A stretch of DNA of 64,000 nucleotides. It comes from Camelus dromedarius (lineage: Eukaryota). How positions within the stretch are numbered: position 1 is the first letter of the stretch; each line of letters begins with the position of its first letter. The notes under the pieces are model-generated. The model was not told the origin of the DNA. It worked only from the letters and a program-made list of their open reading frames with translations, and did not search any database. Location of the stretch: the NCBI RefSeq assembly GCF_036321535.1, contig NC_087447.1:42844001-42908000 (forward strand). The letters are read 5' to 3'. Of this stretch, positions 25,715 to 38,700 are shown in pieces. The position numbers and the translations under genes were made by a program.

Positions 25715-26044
25715 CTACATGGCTAAGATAGCCTTCTGCAGCCCCTCAATATTACTTCTGGCAAAAGTATTTCACCATAATTCTGTGCCTTTGCTTATGC
25801 TGTTACCAGTCTACGTCTTCCAACAGTGCTGTTCAAGACTCTAGGTTAAACACAACACTAACACAGTACTTCATTTTATGCCTTCAACCATTTCAATACT
25901 GGGCCCCGCTCAAGTTTCATTCCCCCAACTTATGTGAAATTCTGACACAAGAGCATTAACCACAGCTAATGATCACATTCAATCCGACTCGATGACACAG
26001 AACTCTCACCAACCCACTTCTCTAAGCTACCTCCTTCCCGACTA

Positions 26045-26257
<213 letters not shown>

Positions 26258-26556
26258 TCAAGGATCTGTTCCGTGGCACCTCCAACAAAGTTGAGGTTAC
26301 GGCCTGGCCCGGGGCCGCGAGGCCTCATCAGGGAGGCGCCCTTGCCTGCGAGCCTGAAGAATCCGAACTGCGGGACGAACACGCGGCTACAGACTCCCTG
26401 CCCCGCCCCGGGCACACGCCGGCCACCCCGCCCTGAAGCTGGCCATGGGCAGCCCGGAAGACCGGGCCAAGATCGGCAGTAGCTGACTGGGGTCAGGGTG
26501 AGAACGGTTGCGGCCTGCGCCAGCAACGAAATAGACACACGAGAAGAATCACCTAC

Positions 26557-26559
26557 CAT
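26557..26559 (-). CDS. RPL27A: RPL27A exon 1 coding part (ATG only)
   Basis: GTCGACATG|gtaggt; the five exons sum to 447 nt = 148 aa + stop. Confidence 0.95.
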
Positions 26560-26569
26560 GTCGACGGCC

Positions 26570-26586
26570 GAAAAGAAAGAGGAAAG
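26570..26586 (-). promoter_or_regulatory. RPL27A 5'TOP / TCT initiator tract
   Basis: CTTTCCTCTTTCTTTTC, 17 uninterrupted pyrimidines 10 nt upstream of the ATG. Confidence 0.9.
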
Positions 26587-27599
26587 CCTAGGCAAAGTCT
26601 CGCGAGCTATCGAGGACGGGGGCGGAGCCAACGCCTCACTTCCTGCCGCGGAGGCCGGGCTTCGGGCGGGGCTTCTTTGGGGTCGCAGCTCTCGCGATGC
26701 TGGGAGCCTCGCCACTTCCTCTTCCTGCGGCTTGATGTCGCCGTCACAGAGCTGTTCTGGGGGCTGTAGCTGCTAGAGTCCTTTTTCGTGCAGTCTGGCG
26801 TCTGCTTGGGCTCAGGCGGAGCGCTGTCCCGGAAGGCGGGGCTTGGGGCGCTGTGGTGCATGACGCTGCGGCTCAGTTAGGCCGGGCCCTCTCCCGGGCG
26901 CCATGGCCTAGCTCACCACCAGCCGCGGCAGCCCTGAACAGCTCCCCGCGTGTCTGTTCTTGGTGGTCGGCTCGGTCGGGGCGGCACCGGTGGCTTGCTT
27001 GTCCCCTGGCCGCAGTGAAGAACCGCGAAGCACTTTTTGACCCTCAGTGACTGCACTGCTCCCTTTAAAGTCCTTCCTAGAGCTCTCTACCACCCTCCGG
27101 GAACTGCTCGCTGACACTGCCATCGTTCTGGACATCGTGTTTGAACAACCTCAGTTCAGGGACCTCAACGCCTGTTTGCTTTAAGGTCCTTTATTCTCCA
27201 GACCCCGTAAATGTGCTACTCTCCACATGTTAATTTTCACTGGAACTTAACTTGGCACGCCCGTGACCCCCTTCTCCTGGGCCAGAGAATTCGTGCTCAA
27301 CCTGGACTAAATGCAAGCGTCTCGTCTTGTAAAACTTCTCTGACTTACTCAAAGTTTCACCCACTTTCACCCACTGTGCCACCTCAAAATCTAGTACATA
27401 GCTGTTATATGATTGTTGATCCGCTTTTGTCTTTCCTATACCAGATTCCTTAAAGGCTGGAGGGTTCTTTTATCCGCGCACTGCCAGTTCCTGGCATGTA
27501 GTACATATTCAACAAATGATCGCTAAGTTAATGAGTGCATCACCCTCACCTCCCTTTCTAAAGTGGAAGAGGCATCCTTGCTGTCTTAAGCCTTAACCA

Positions 27600-28800
27600 G
27601 TGTTCAAGATCACATCCCGTCAATCATTCAGTGTGTGTTTGTTGTCTGTGCCTTGTTCCCTTCAGCTAAAATATCCTAAATTGTCCTTGTCTCTGTTTAC
27701 TACCCTTGCTCTTTCCTTTTCAGCCAAGCTCCCCAAAAGCATAGTCTACAAATCCTGTCCGTTTGCTTGCTTCCCATTGTTTCATCCACTGCAATCTAGC
27801 TCTCAGCTCCATTATTTCAATGAAATTGCTTTTACCAAAGTCATCAATTAATCAAACAAGAAATTGGGTGGGCTCTTCCTTTTCCTCATACCACTTATTT
27901 TCTGTTGTACTTGACTCATTTGACTTCTTCTAGAGAATCTCTTGCCTTTCTCTTATCTTTCTGGCTACTTCCCGGTCTTCCTTTCAGGTTCTTCTGACTT
28001 TGTCCACTGTATAAATGTTGGTGTTCTTCAGCTGTCTGTCCTTGCCCCTCTTGACTCTTCATAGTACACAGTCTTCTTGGGTGAACTCATCTTGGGTGGC
28101 TTCAATCCACATCTCTGTTTCTGAGCTCCACACTCATATTTACTTAATTTCCGGTTAGCATCCCTTGGACATTCTAAGACAAACTGGATAGACATATCCA
28201 AAGACTTCGATCTTCCCAGCTCATTAGTGCCGTCTTTATTCTCTATTTTGGTGAGTACTCTTGTCCACCTACATAGTCATGTCAGGGAAACTTGGAAATT
28301 GTCCCTAAGCATTCTTTTGCTCTTAATACACTGTCACCATATCCTTGTTTCTATCCCTGTCTCCTAAATCTGCTTCCTCCTTTTTAGTCCTCTTGCCACT
28401 GCCTTCATTAAGGCCCTCATCATATCTCTTATCTGGAGTTCAGCACCGTCCTCTGCTCACCCTGTCTGCATTCTAACCCTCCTCCAAAACCCCCATCCTT
28501 CACACTTCTGCCAGGTTAATCCTCACAAAACATGTCTTTCATCCTTTTACTTACTTGATCAAAAAGTTCAGTTGCTCCCTATTATTAACAGAATGCAGCC
28601 CACTTGCCTTTCCAAACTAATCTTAGCTTCAAGCTTTCTACTACAGCCACACTTGGCACATCCCTTCTACCTTTTTGCCTGTGCTAGTCCCATTCCTCAT
28701 ACCTGCAGTACTCATCTTCCTGACCAGAAGTCCTGAATCATCCTCAACCCTTAAGGCCTCCCTTACATTCTGCTTTTTCCCAGAACATTCCAGTCTACAG
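27600..28800 (+). mobile_element. L2 LINE remnants (approximate bounds)
   Basis: Pyrimidine-rich L2-like text (actgcaatctagctctcagctccattatttcaatgaaattgcttttaccaaagtcatcaa). Confidence 0.5.
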
Positions 28801-29312
28801 TGATAATAGCCAAATACACCTTGCAGTTTACAAAATGCATCTGCCTAAGAGATCAACACTACCAGCCCCATTTTATGAAGGAGAGAATTGAGGCACAGAA
28901 GGCTGACTGACTTGCCAGAGACTACGGAGCTGCTAAGAGACAGAGCCTGGGCCTCGCCTTTAGTCTTTTCTCTCTAGATCTCCTGCTTTTACCTCAGTGA
29001 CCACTCCCTCTCTGACCTCACAGCATTATGGTCTTTATCACTCCTTCAGTCCTTAATCACAGACTGTCTGTTACCAGCAGAAAGAGGGGCCTTGAGTGTG
29101 GGGGGCAAGGCCTTGGAAGAGATCATCCTCCACTGGACATCAAAACTGGCCAGTAAGTGCACAAGTGATGAGCTGAGTTGCCTGGAAACTACCCTTGAGA
29201 AGATGGACTGTGAATGGAGGTAACCTGGGCAGAGTTGTGGGAATGAAAGGTCCCCATCAGGCGTCTGGTAAATAGGGACTAGAGCAAGGACCAAGACTGT
29301 GCAGGGTGTGGA

Positions 29313-30136
29313 GGTCTGGGTGATGGGACACTGCTTCTAGATAGTTTTATCAGGTTCCTTGGTTATAGCGGCTCTACATCCCATCCCTCAGGCCATCCAG
29401 CTGAATGGAAGGCCCCCTGAGCGGACCAGCACTCTGCGTTGGGTTCTGTGCTCACCTAACATTTTTCTCGTTGGTGGTTTGATCACCAGTTAGGGGGAGT
29501 GCCCTGGACGATTGTCTGGCTCTGGTTTTCTAGCCGGCTTCCTCTCCTTCCCAAGGCAATCATGTAGCTTTAACATAAGGCTCCTGTGGGGTTTGTCACT
29601 GTGGGTCAGTGTCCCTAGGTTGGCCAGCCCTGGGAGAGTTGAATTATATGTCTATAAAGTTGAGTAGCAGCCAGATATGAGACATTAGGCCACCTGTCCC
29701 TCCCCACTAGGCACACAGGGCATGATCCTAAACATGACCCAAGAGGCTTCTTCCTCTGTGATATCTCTTTTGAAGTAGAGCATGGCCTTGTGACATCTCA
29801 GAAATCCAGGTTCCCCTAGAGTCAGGGCCTCAGAAAATGCCTGTGAAATGAATGGAAGGGAGATGATACCAGGAAGCGCCTGGTGAGGCAGGTATATGCA
29901 GTGCGGACCTTATTACTACCTCAGGCCTCTCTCCAGATGGCCTTGTGAACACACTGCCACCCCACAGAGGGCTCTGGTGGTCCCTGTCTCTTCCTCTGCT
30001 CCCTGGGCATTGTGGTAGGGTCTGGGTGACGGGACTCTGCTTCTGGATAGTTTTATCAGGTTCCTCGGTTATAGAGGAGCTACATCCTATCCCTCAGGCC
30101 ATCCATTTGAATGGAAGGGTTCCTGAGTTCATCAGC
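29313..30136. repeat. Dispersed direct repeat, two 118-bp copies (29313-29430, 30019-30136)
   Basis: Ungapped hand alignment, 17 mismatches in 118 (~86% identity), offset 706 bp. Confidence 0.95.
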
Positions 30137-31329
30137 TGTCCGTCAGACAGCAGCAACAGCATGGGTGCTTCCTGCCTTGTTTTCTTGCTCTCCATCTTTA
30201 GATTTGGACGTTTGGAAATATTATGTGGCTTTCCTTTTTCAAGTAGAGTATTGTTAATTTAAGATGGGGAAGAGTCTGGGTGTCTTTTTTTTTCTTCCCC
30301 AAGGGAGAATTCAAGAAAAACTCAGAAATCCAATTTATTTCAGAAAATTTTAAAAGTTGTATGTATTAGGAAAGACAGTAAAACATGAAGGAAAATTCTG
30401 AAAAAATATAAGTATAAACATCTCAAATCATAATACCCTACAATGCTGTTTTCATGTCTGAATATTACCTTTCAGTTTTTACTACATGGAGACATAGTGA
30501 TCTGCAAAGCTGATGATCATAATACTAATCCTTTTGTATTCTGCTTTTCATTTACTACTACGACATTTTTCTGTGTCACTACCCAGTATTCATGATTGTT
30601 ATTTTTTAGCAACTGAAGAGTAACTTATCTTCAGCATGAACTGTAATTTACTAAGCCATTTTCTCGTGTACTTTGTTTTCATTTTTCTGTTGTTCTCATT
30701 GTGTTCTTTGCTGTTGGAGAAAATGTTGGAGTGAACATTTGTGTATATGTAGCTTTTTTCTTCCTCTGTTGAATAACTTCACTAGGATAAATTCCCAGGA
30801 GCGAGATTGCTGTATTAGAGCGTATGAACATTTTTATGATTCATTTTATGTTGCTATAGGTATACTTTCTCCAAATGGTTTGTACCAATTTATGTACCAG
30901 CAGCATGTATAGTTTCCAATTTCAACTATACCAGGCTCCAGGGTTTTTTTGTTTGTTTGTTTGTTTTGTTTTTCCTTTTATCATTAGTTTTTGGTATATG
31001 ACAATGTGCATTTAGGGGAAAATCCATGGGACTACACCGGGTTTTCTTAAGTACAAGGTAAAAATAATATAATTTGAGGACTAGGTTCCTTCCTTTCTGT
31101 GTTGGATAGATTTTTAAAAATCTCACGGTACTGCATGGCAAGTGCATTCCTAGCAGCTTTGTTGCAGCCTAGGCTGGAAAGCCCTTCTGCCGTTAAACTC
31201 AGAACAGCAAAATGTGAGGGCAGGAAGGCCAGATCTTTGAGGGCAGTATTTGCAATAGCTCAACAAAGAGGGGCTTAAATATTGGGGTTTTCTTAATTTC
31301 AGATGATAAAATTAGTGGAAAGAACACAG

Positions 31330-31825
31330 AACCCCTGTGGGGGTTCCCTGAGACCCTTTCACGGATTCTACAAGGTCAAAACAGTTTTCATAGTAATACT
31401 AAGGTGTTATTGGCCCTTTTAACTGGGTTAACATTTGCACTGATGGTGCCAAAGCAAAAGCAAAGATGTGTAAATACTATAAACAAACAACATGTAACGG
31501 GTTGACTGCAGAAGCAGTATGGGAAGCCAGCTGTCTTCTGTTAAGCCAGACATTAATGAGGTTGGCCAAAAGGGAAAAACAATATCACTCTTTTCACTAA
31601 ATTCATTATTTGAAAGTAATTAACTTCTCCTGAAAAGTGTTTTATTCATGTTGACTTGAAATAGGTTTATTGATTTTTTTAATGAATTAATATTTTAAGA
31701 TTATCTGTTTTAATTTATAATGTGGTAAATGGCAGAGATATAACCCACAAAGACAAAATCTCTTTGGGGTCCTCAATAATTAAAGCATGTAAAGGGGTTC
31801 TAAGACTAAAAAGTTTGATATTCTC
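31330..31825 (+). mobile_element. Charlie1-like hAT DNA transposon, internally deleted
   Basis: ccctgagaccctttca...aggtcaaaacagttttcatagtaatactaag near start; ctctttggggtcctcaataatt...taaaggggttctaagactaaaaagtttga at end. Confidence 0.7.
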
Positions 31826-33260
31826 AAAGTCTAATGAAATAAACTCAGCCACATTTAAACCTTCTAAGAGAGACTGCCCTCACCTCCACTGGGGCTGCTC
31901 CTATGGCTGCTCCCTGGGAAATAACTGCCCTTAGAGCCTCAGAATGAATTAGAAGTGAAAGCTCATCCATTACTTTATTTAGTGACATCTTTCTGGGCCC
32001 AGGAAGCCTGGCCTTTCTCAACCCCATCACCCTTTTTCCTTAATGGGCTTGGCCCCCAAAGACTGTGGACTGAAGTGAAAGTTCTCTCAAATTTGCATAA
32101 TTACAGAGCTTTGGATTTGAAGTAAATGATTTTTGTTTTGTTTCTTAAATAAGTACAAATATAAAATTAGATACTCTCCTTCTGCTGTTATACAATGACC
32201 AAATCAAATACAGTTTATAAATTATAAAAAACCAAAACAATCAAATTAACAATACTAATTTCATTTGCAGATGATATGTTGCTAAACGAAATTGTCACTA
32301 CAGCTTAAGTGTGGTGCTTCCTGTTGTGGCTGAGTTTGGTAAACTTTTGCTGCCATGATGGTGGCCCAATTTCCCCACCACCTTTGTCTATTCCAAGTAC
32401 TGTGAAACATTCATCATCATGTGCCACAGTGTCATTTAGACTTCATGTGGCAGGAATGCATCATTTACGTATTGTCTGCTCCTTTCTCTTCTCATTAGCC
32501 TAAGACATAGTAGTGCTGCTTGGTGTGAACTGGAACCTAAACTTGTAACACTGCTTCTAAAATCTCATCATGATGCATAGATGATCCAGAATATTTATAC
32601 TTTAAAAAACTCTTGTCAGAATGAAACATTAATTTAAAAAAATTGTTGGAGAGATCTCATGAGAACATGTGTGTGTACCTCAGCTTGAGAAATATTTCAG
32701 TTAAGATTGTGAAGTCTGGAATCAGAACAATTTGGATTTAAATTGGAATTTGAACTCTACTGTTTACTCCCTGTCTTTGTGCAGTTACCCAGCTTTGCTG
32801 AGCCTCAGTTTCCTCTGCCTGTCTTTGATGATTTTATTTAATTTGTAAAAGTATCACAATCCCTATCTCCAAGGGCAATTGTGAGGATGGAGATACAGTA
32901 TATAAAGCACCTGGCATAAACTTGGCCTTTGATAAATTTCCTTCTCTTTTCCAAAATGAAGTCTAGTAAAGAGAGGCACAAGTAGATCTGGGATGATTTT
33001 GAAGGCAAACCAACCCTATAAGAAACACACAACCTAGCAGGCCCCTCCAGGCTTTGTTTTCCAAGCAGAGATGCTGGACTCTCTTTTGGGCCCAAGTGAG
33101 AGGTTGAGTCTGTGCCCAGTTATGGAGCATGAGCCTCCAGTTCTGGGGAGGGACGTAGCCTGGGCTTCTGAGGCCTTGGTCTCTGAGTCTCCTCTGGCCT
33201 GTCCATTAACACTCCTGTCCCAAAAGAAAGAAACCACTCTGCTTTGTGCTTCACTTACAG

Positions 33261-33567
33261 GGAGTGGAGCTTGCTCGCTCTATTCGCTGCTGCACGCTTG
33301 AGGATATTAATGGAAAAGCCACAGTTCTGGGCACACACATGGGCACGGATATGGGCGTGAGCTTTATGGGGTGGCCACTAGTTGACCAGGAACACAGAAG
33401 TGGACAGATGGAGGCTGTAGTACTGATCTGCTCATTGTGCCAAAAGGACCTGCAAGATGTAGGCTTCCGGCTCCTACCCTGTCACCATTTGCTCTGTAAA
33501 GACTGTTTCCAGTGCTTGATCCAGGAGCTGGGGCAGGTTACCAAGGCTCATGGGACTGTCCCAGATG
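33261..33567 (+). CDS. TRIM66: TRIM66 long-isoform exon, N-terminal part of a RING finger; in-frame ATGs at 33339 and 33351
   Basis: tacag|...|gtaatt; 307 nt open, ...CSLCQKDLQDVGFRLLPCHHLLCKDCFQ...; phase 1 matches the exon at 48337. Confidence 0.85.
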
Positions 33568-34718
33568 GTAATTACAAGGCACCACAGGTTGATTTCCTTC
33601 TATATAACAAGTCTCTTCCCATTTCATAGGAACAGAATTTCAGGTGTAGGAAGAATCAGAATTTAAAAGCCCAAGGGATACTCATTGTTGAAGACAGCTC
33701 TTTGGGGAGTGAATCTGTGAGACAAAGCAAATCCTCTTGATGCTTAATACATTTTGTTTTGTAAACTGGGATTTTTCATGTTTGGGATTTTCTTACATTG
33801 GTGTCAGACTAAGAAACCTGGGAAGGTTTTGATTCCTGGTTTGGCTGACTACCTAGAAGGAGAGGACATGTCCTGGCCCACTAGACTTCAGAGGCAGGGG
33901 GAGAATGGCTGGGCTCCTAGGGTCAGTCAGGAACAGATTTTGAACAGATTCTTACTGACTAATGAACCGTTCACCATCTAAGCTGCTCCTTGGCAGGGAG
34001 GAGCTTATGTCTTGCTCCTGAACGTCACGTTTCCTAGGAAACAATCTCATTGAGAACTGTGAAGTCCTTGGAGGCAGAAACCAGGTCCCTTCATTTCAGT
34101 ATTGTAGCACAGGGCATGTAACAGAGGGGCAGTGAGTATCTTGAATGAACTTGTAGGATGAGAAAGCCAAATAAGTTGGCAGCATTTAGAGACAGCATCT
34201 TTTTTGTTTGTTTTGTTGTCTGCAATATTTTCAAAGTGATTTGCAGCACAAGTCTAGGCTGTCTTTGAGGCATTATGGCATTGCTGTTGTCTTTGGATCT
34301 GAATTTTGAGACCTCTAAACCCTTGGGCAAGCTATCTACCCTCTCTGAGTCTCTGTTAAGAGTTCAAAGCACGGAAAAGATATGGTCCACTTTGATTTTT
34401 AAAATTAATAAGTGATTTTTGAATTTATTGCTTAAACTTAGTTCTTCCTTAAGCTTTTAATTTTAACTTAAAATCTTGTTCTATTGATAAGTGTATCAAA
34501 TTTAACAATAACTTTTAAAGGACCTTTCATTAATATTTGAACATATTTACAAATAATGAATATTTGCCTTTATAAATGAAATTTTAAAAATAATTCAATT
34601 GTCTAACAAGTAAGCATTCTTAATTACCTAAAGAACTCTTGGAAATACAGTAAGTTAAATTTATAAATATGATGAATCTTAAATATGTCTTAAAAGCTCT
34701 GGTGCTGTTGGATCATTA

Positions 34719-35472
34719 TCCAGAAAATATGAAGAACTCCTACAACTCAACAATAAGAAATAACACAATTAAAAAATGGCCAAGAACTTGAATAGATACT
34801 TCTCCAAACAAGATATGCAAATGCCCAGTAAGTATATGAAAAAAGTGTTTAATATCACTAATTTTTAGGGAAATACACATCAAAACCACAATGAGATATC
34901 ACCTCACACCTGTTAGGATGGCTACCATTAAAAAAAAAAAAAGAAAATAACAAGTGTTTGTGATGATGTGGAGAAATTGGAATCATGTGCACTGTTGATG
35001 GGAATATACAATGGTGCAGACTCTGTGGGAAACAGTATAGTGGTTCCTCAAAAACTGAAAAATAGGAATACGAGCAATTCCACTTCTGGGTATATACCCC
35101 AAATAATTAAAAACAGGGACTAGAAGAGATATTTTTTATGCCTATGTTCATAGCAGCATTATATGCAATAGCCAAAAGGAGGAAACAACCTGAGTGTCCT
35201 TGGACAGATGAACGGATAAACAAAATGTGGTATACATGTGCAATGGAATACTATTCACTCTTAATGAGGAAGGAAATTCTGACACATGGTACAACATGAA
35301 TGACTATTAAGAACGTTATGCTAAATGAAATAAGCCAGTCGCAAAAAGACAAATACTCTATGATCCTACTTATGTCAGGTACCTAAAGTAGCTAAATTTA
35401 TAGAGACAGAAAGTAGAATGGTGGTTGCTAGAGGCTGGGGAATTGTTTAATGGTATAAAGTTTCAGTTTTGC
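34719..35472 (+). mobile_element. Old L1 (L1M-type) ORF2 end / 3'UTR fragment
   Basis: aactcctacaactcaacaat...caaaaccacaatgagatatcacctcacacc...aaatgaaataagccagtc...gagacagaaagtagaatggtggttg. Confidence 0.85.
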
Positions 35473-35792
35473 CCATTTTTTAATCTGTTGTTGTTGGTTG
35501 TTGTTGAGTTGTAGGAGTCCTTTATATATTCTGGATACTAGATCCTTGTCAGACAAATGCTTTGCAGATATTTTCTCGCATTCTTTGGGCTGCCTTTTTG
35601 TTTTGTTGGTAGTGTCCTATCAACATAGTGAAAGTTTTACATGTTAATGAAGTTCAACTTACCTATTTTTTCTGATGTTGCTTGTGCTTTTGGTGTCATA
35701 GCTGGGAAATTATTGCCAAATCCATTGTCATGAAGCTTTCCCCTTATGTTTTCTTCTAAGAGTTTTATAGTTTTAACCCTTATGTTTAGGTC
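35467..35792 (-). mobile_element. Old L1 ORF2 fragment, opposite orientation
   Basis: Reverse strand encodes DLNIRVKTIKLLEENIRGKLHD...MTPKAQAT (L1 ORF2 C-terminal region). Confidence 0.85.
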
Positions 35793-38700
35793 TTCGGTCT
35801 CACTTAAGATTTTTAACATGAACTAATTGTGCATGTCTCAAGGCTTTGTTTGACTCTAAAACCAGAAGACTATATTCATACTAATGACAATTATTAGAAT
35901 CATATTGTTTATTGCTGAGTTATTCTAAGTGCAAAGGAGAAAACATGAGCTTTGGTGTCAGTTCATCTGGGCATCTGAGTGTGAGTCCTAATCTACCTGC
36001 CACTTAATAGTTGTGTAGTTTGGTAAATTTTTCTGCCTGTAAAATAGGGATGATAATAGTGATAATTAACTTCTAGGATTGTTATGAAGATTCAATGAGA
36101 ACCTACACGTAAAATATTCTTTACTATGTCTAGGCTATAGTAAGAGGCCAAGAAATGTGAAAAAATACTGTTATTTTGAACTTGTGAAACTAAAGTGGAA
36201 AAAAATCTGTTAGATGCGAACATGCTTGATTTGACACCAGAGGGGCAATTTCTTGACTATGTGGCATCTTACATTCTTTAATATTTCCTGTGGTCTGGCC
36301 AGGCTATTGTTACTTTCCATATCGTATTTATGAGTCAGAGTGGAATAAGTTTTAGGATTCTTTGCTGGGTGGTATTTGTTGGTTTGTAAGTCTGTCTCCT
36401 TCACAGGTGTTTATTGATTTTTATGTACCAGGCCCAATGGCATTTAGGGTGCAAAGATGAAAAGACAGGGCCTTTTCCTTCAAGGAACTCATATTCTGTT
36501 GAAGGGCAGGTAACTAAACAGATGATAATGATACAGTGTGGTAAGAATGTGAAGAGAAGACGGTTTAAAGTTCAAGCAAAGGAGCAATACCTCTGGGAAG
36601 TTCTCCCTACACAAGGACTGGTGGATATCAATTGCTCACTGAATGTTTCTGAAGGACTAAAAGAATGGCACCCAAATGAACTGACTGATGAAAAACAGAG
36701 CTGTCACCTGTCCCTGGCAAGTCTAGTCAGATACCCAATACCTGAACTTAGATTTCTGGTCTGTAATTTGAGAAGCCATTCTTTGAGAGTCTGGTTCTTT
36801 GGAAAGAGCTGGTAGCATCGCCACTTTATCCAGCAGAGTAAGAGTATATACTTGCTAAAACTCTTATCCTATTTCTGCCAATCTGGGGTTTTCAAAAGTC
36901 AAACATGGGAACAGGTAGAGAAGGTTGGTAGGGGAAGTGGATAGAAGCCTGAAAAATAAATAGGTCCCAATGCCTCTAACTGGATGGGGCCACATTGCAT
37001 GAGTGTGAGCCCATTTCCATAAATCTATTTCTCCTGGTTGCTGGCAGTTTCCCTAATGACACTGCCTTTTTCTGTTCCTTAAGTTGTGATGTGCAAAACA
37101 CATTTCTCAAGCAGCTTGTGGTTGGTAGACATTGTTCCAAGCACTTATTCCTGTATTATCTTTTCTAAACTTCACAACAGCCCTGTAAGGTAGATATTAT
37201 TCCCATTTTACAGATGAAAAACCTGGGGATTGTGATTATGTAAGGTCTAACATCTAACAACTACTTAGTGTCAGGTCAGGTCAAGTCAAACTCAGGTTCA
37301 TGCATCTTCAAAGCTTGTAATCTGCATTGGTAGCACTTTTCTCAGGGGGTGAAACCATGCTCACCTGGAATCACTGAACTGATGAGGAGACTCCATAGAG
37401 AATCTTTGAGGAGAAAAGCAACCCTGCAGCCTGAGCCATCAGGTGCACATCTCTCATGAATGCAGCCACAGCCTAGCTGAGGTTCTCCCCAGCACCTCCA
37501 TCACACGAGGAAGTGGATATGCATCAGGTCTTGGGCTCTGAGGAGACCAGATGGACAAGGTCTTGGAAAGCTAGTGATGGGGACCAAAGCAATGGAAGTA
37601 GTGTGCTGAGCATACAGTGTCTTAGCCATGTGAGATGACTAGAGTAGTAGGCTCCAGAAAGGCTGGATATTGGAAATGGATTTACTCAGCCATTGAGAAT
37701 ATCTGCTTGGGACTGCGTGCTTTTAAGCCTGTTTGAAAATTGTCATGGTCAAATTCTGTCTGGAAAGTTGGCCATTATGTTCGCAAGTGATATTTTAAAT
37801 AAATGTAACAAGCTCTGAAGGAGCATTTGGCATATCTGAAACTGTTTACTACATGCTGTATCTGTCTTCAAAATTCTCAGGGCTTCTATTTGTTGTTTTA
37901 GGGGAGAAAGGCCATTAATTGGATATTTCCTTCCCCGTGTAAGTAAAAGGAACATTATTCTTTCCCTTCAAATCTACTAAAAGACAAATTTTAGATGAGA
38001 GACCTTGATTCTGAGGTCCAAATTTCAAAATCTCTCTGTTTAGTATCTTACTTTTCCCAGTGTCAGTGTAAATGATGCAGGAGCACTGGTCTGGAAGTCA
38101 TGGGCCCTAGAGCTAGGTCTGGACTCTAGCACTGATTGACTGGGTGATCCCAGGTATTCTCTGGGACTACACTTGAAGACCTCCAAGGACATTGAATAAC
38201 CACCATAGCCTCATGCTTCCTGAAACTAGTGATCGGTGACAGCACATCTGTTGAAAACTACAAATGCTGAAAGGGGGAGCAATCTCTGCCTCTCAGTGGG
38301 CAGGCCCTGGGGCTTTGGGAAGATCCAAAGAGAGGGACCTGATGCAAGATGCTACAACCTTGAAGTCAGAGAGGGAAATGATACTTATCTTAATGAGCAG
38401 CTCAGCTGGAGGGGTTCTAATGGCCTGGGGTGAGAGTGGGAGGCAAGCAGGTGAGATCTCAGTTATAGGAGCTTAGCAGGCGAGGTGGCTGCTGTTGCTT
38501 GCTCCAGGTGCTGAACAGTGTGTGCAGCCGTTGTGGGATCTGTTGTGGGCAGTGACCCAAGTTTCCCAAGTGGAAGGCAGGCTGCTGAGTTGGGCTGAGC
38601 TGGGTGTGCAGCAGGTGCAGAAGCTGGAGCTCTGGAGCCCTATCAGCGGGATGGCTTTTTAGTTCATGAACAGTTTCCTCACCTTAATTGGCTCTCCAGG

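Noticed and set aside
25780..26010. Short echoes of snoRNA-adjacent words (gactctag, ctcgatgaca) in RPL27A intron 2
   Set aside because: Spacing is wrong and no H/ACA architecture is evident; not callable as a third SNORA3 copy.
31988..32008. TCT TTC TGG GCC CAG (SFWAQ) 1.25 kb upstream of the RING exon, resembling my recollection of the human long-isoform N-terminus
   Set aside because: Followed by GAAGCC rather than a GT donor, no in-frame ATG nearby, and the recollection is uncertain. It could be a lost first coding exon but cannot be supported here.
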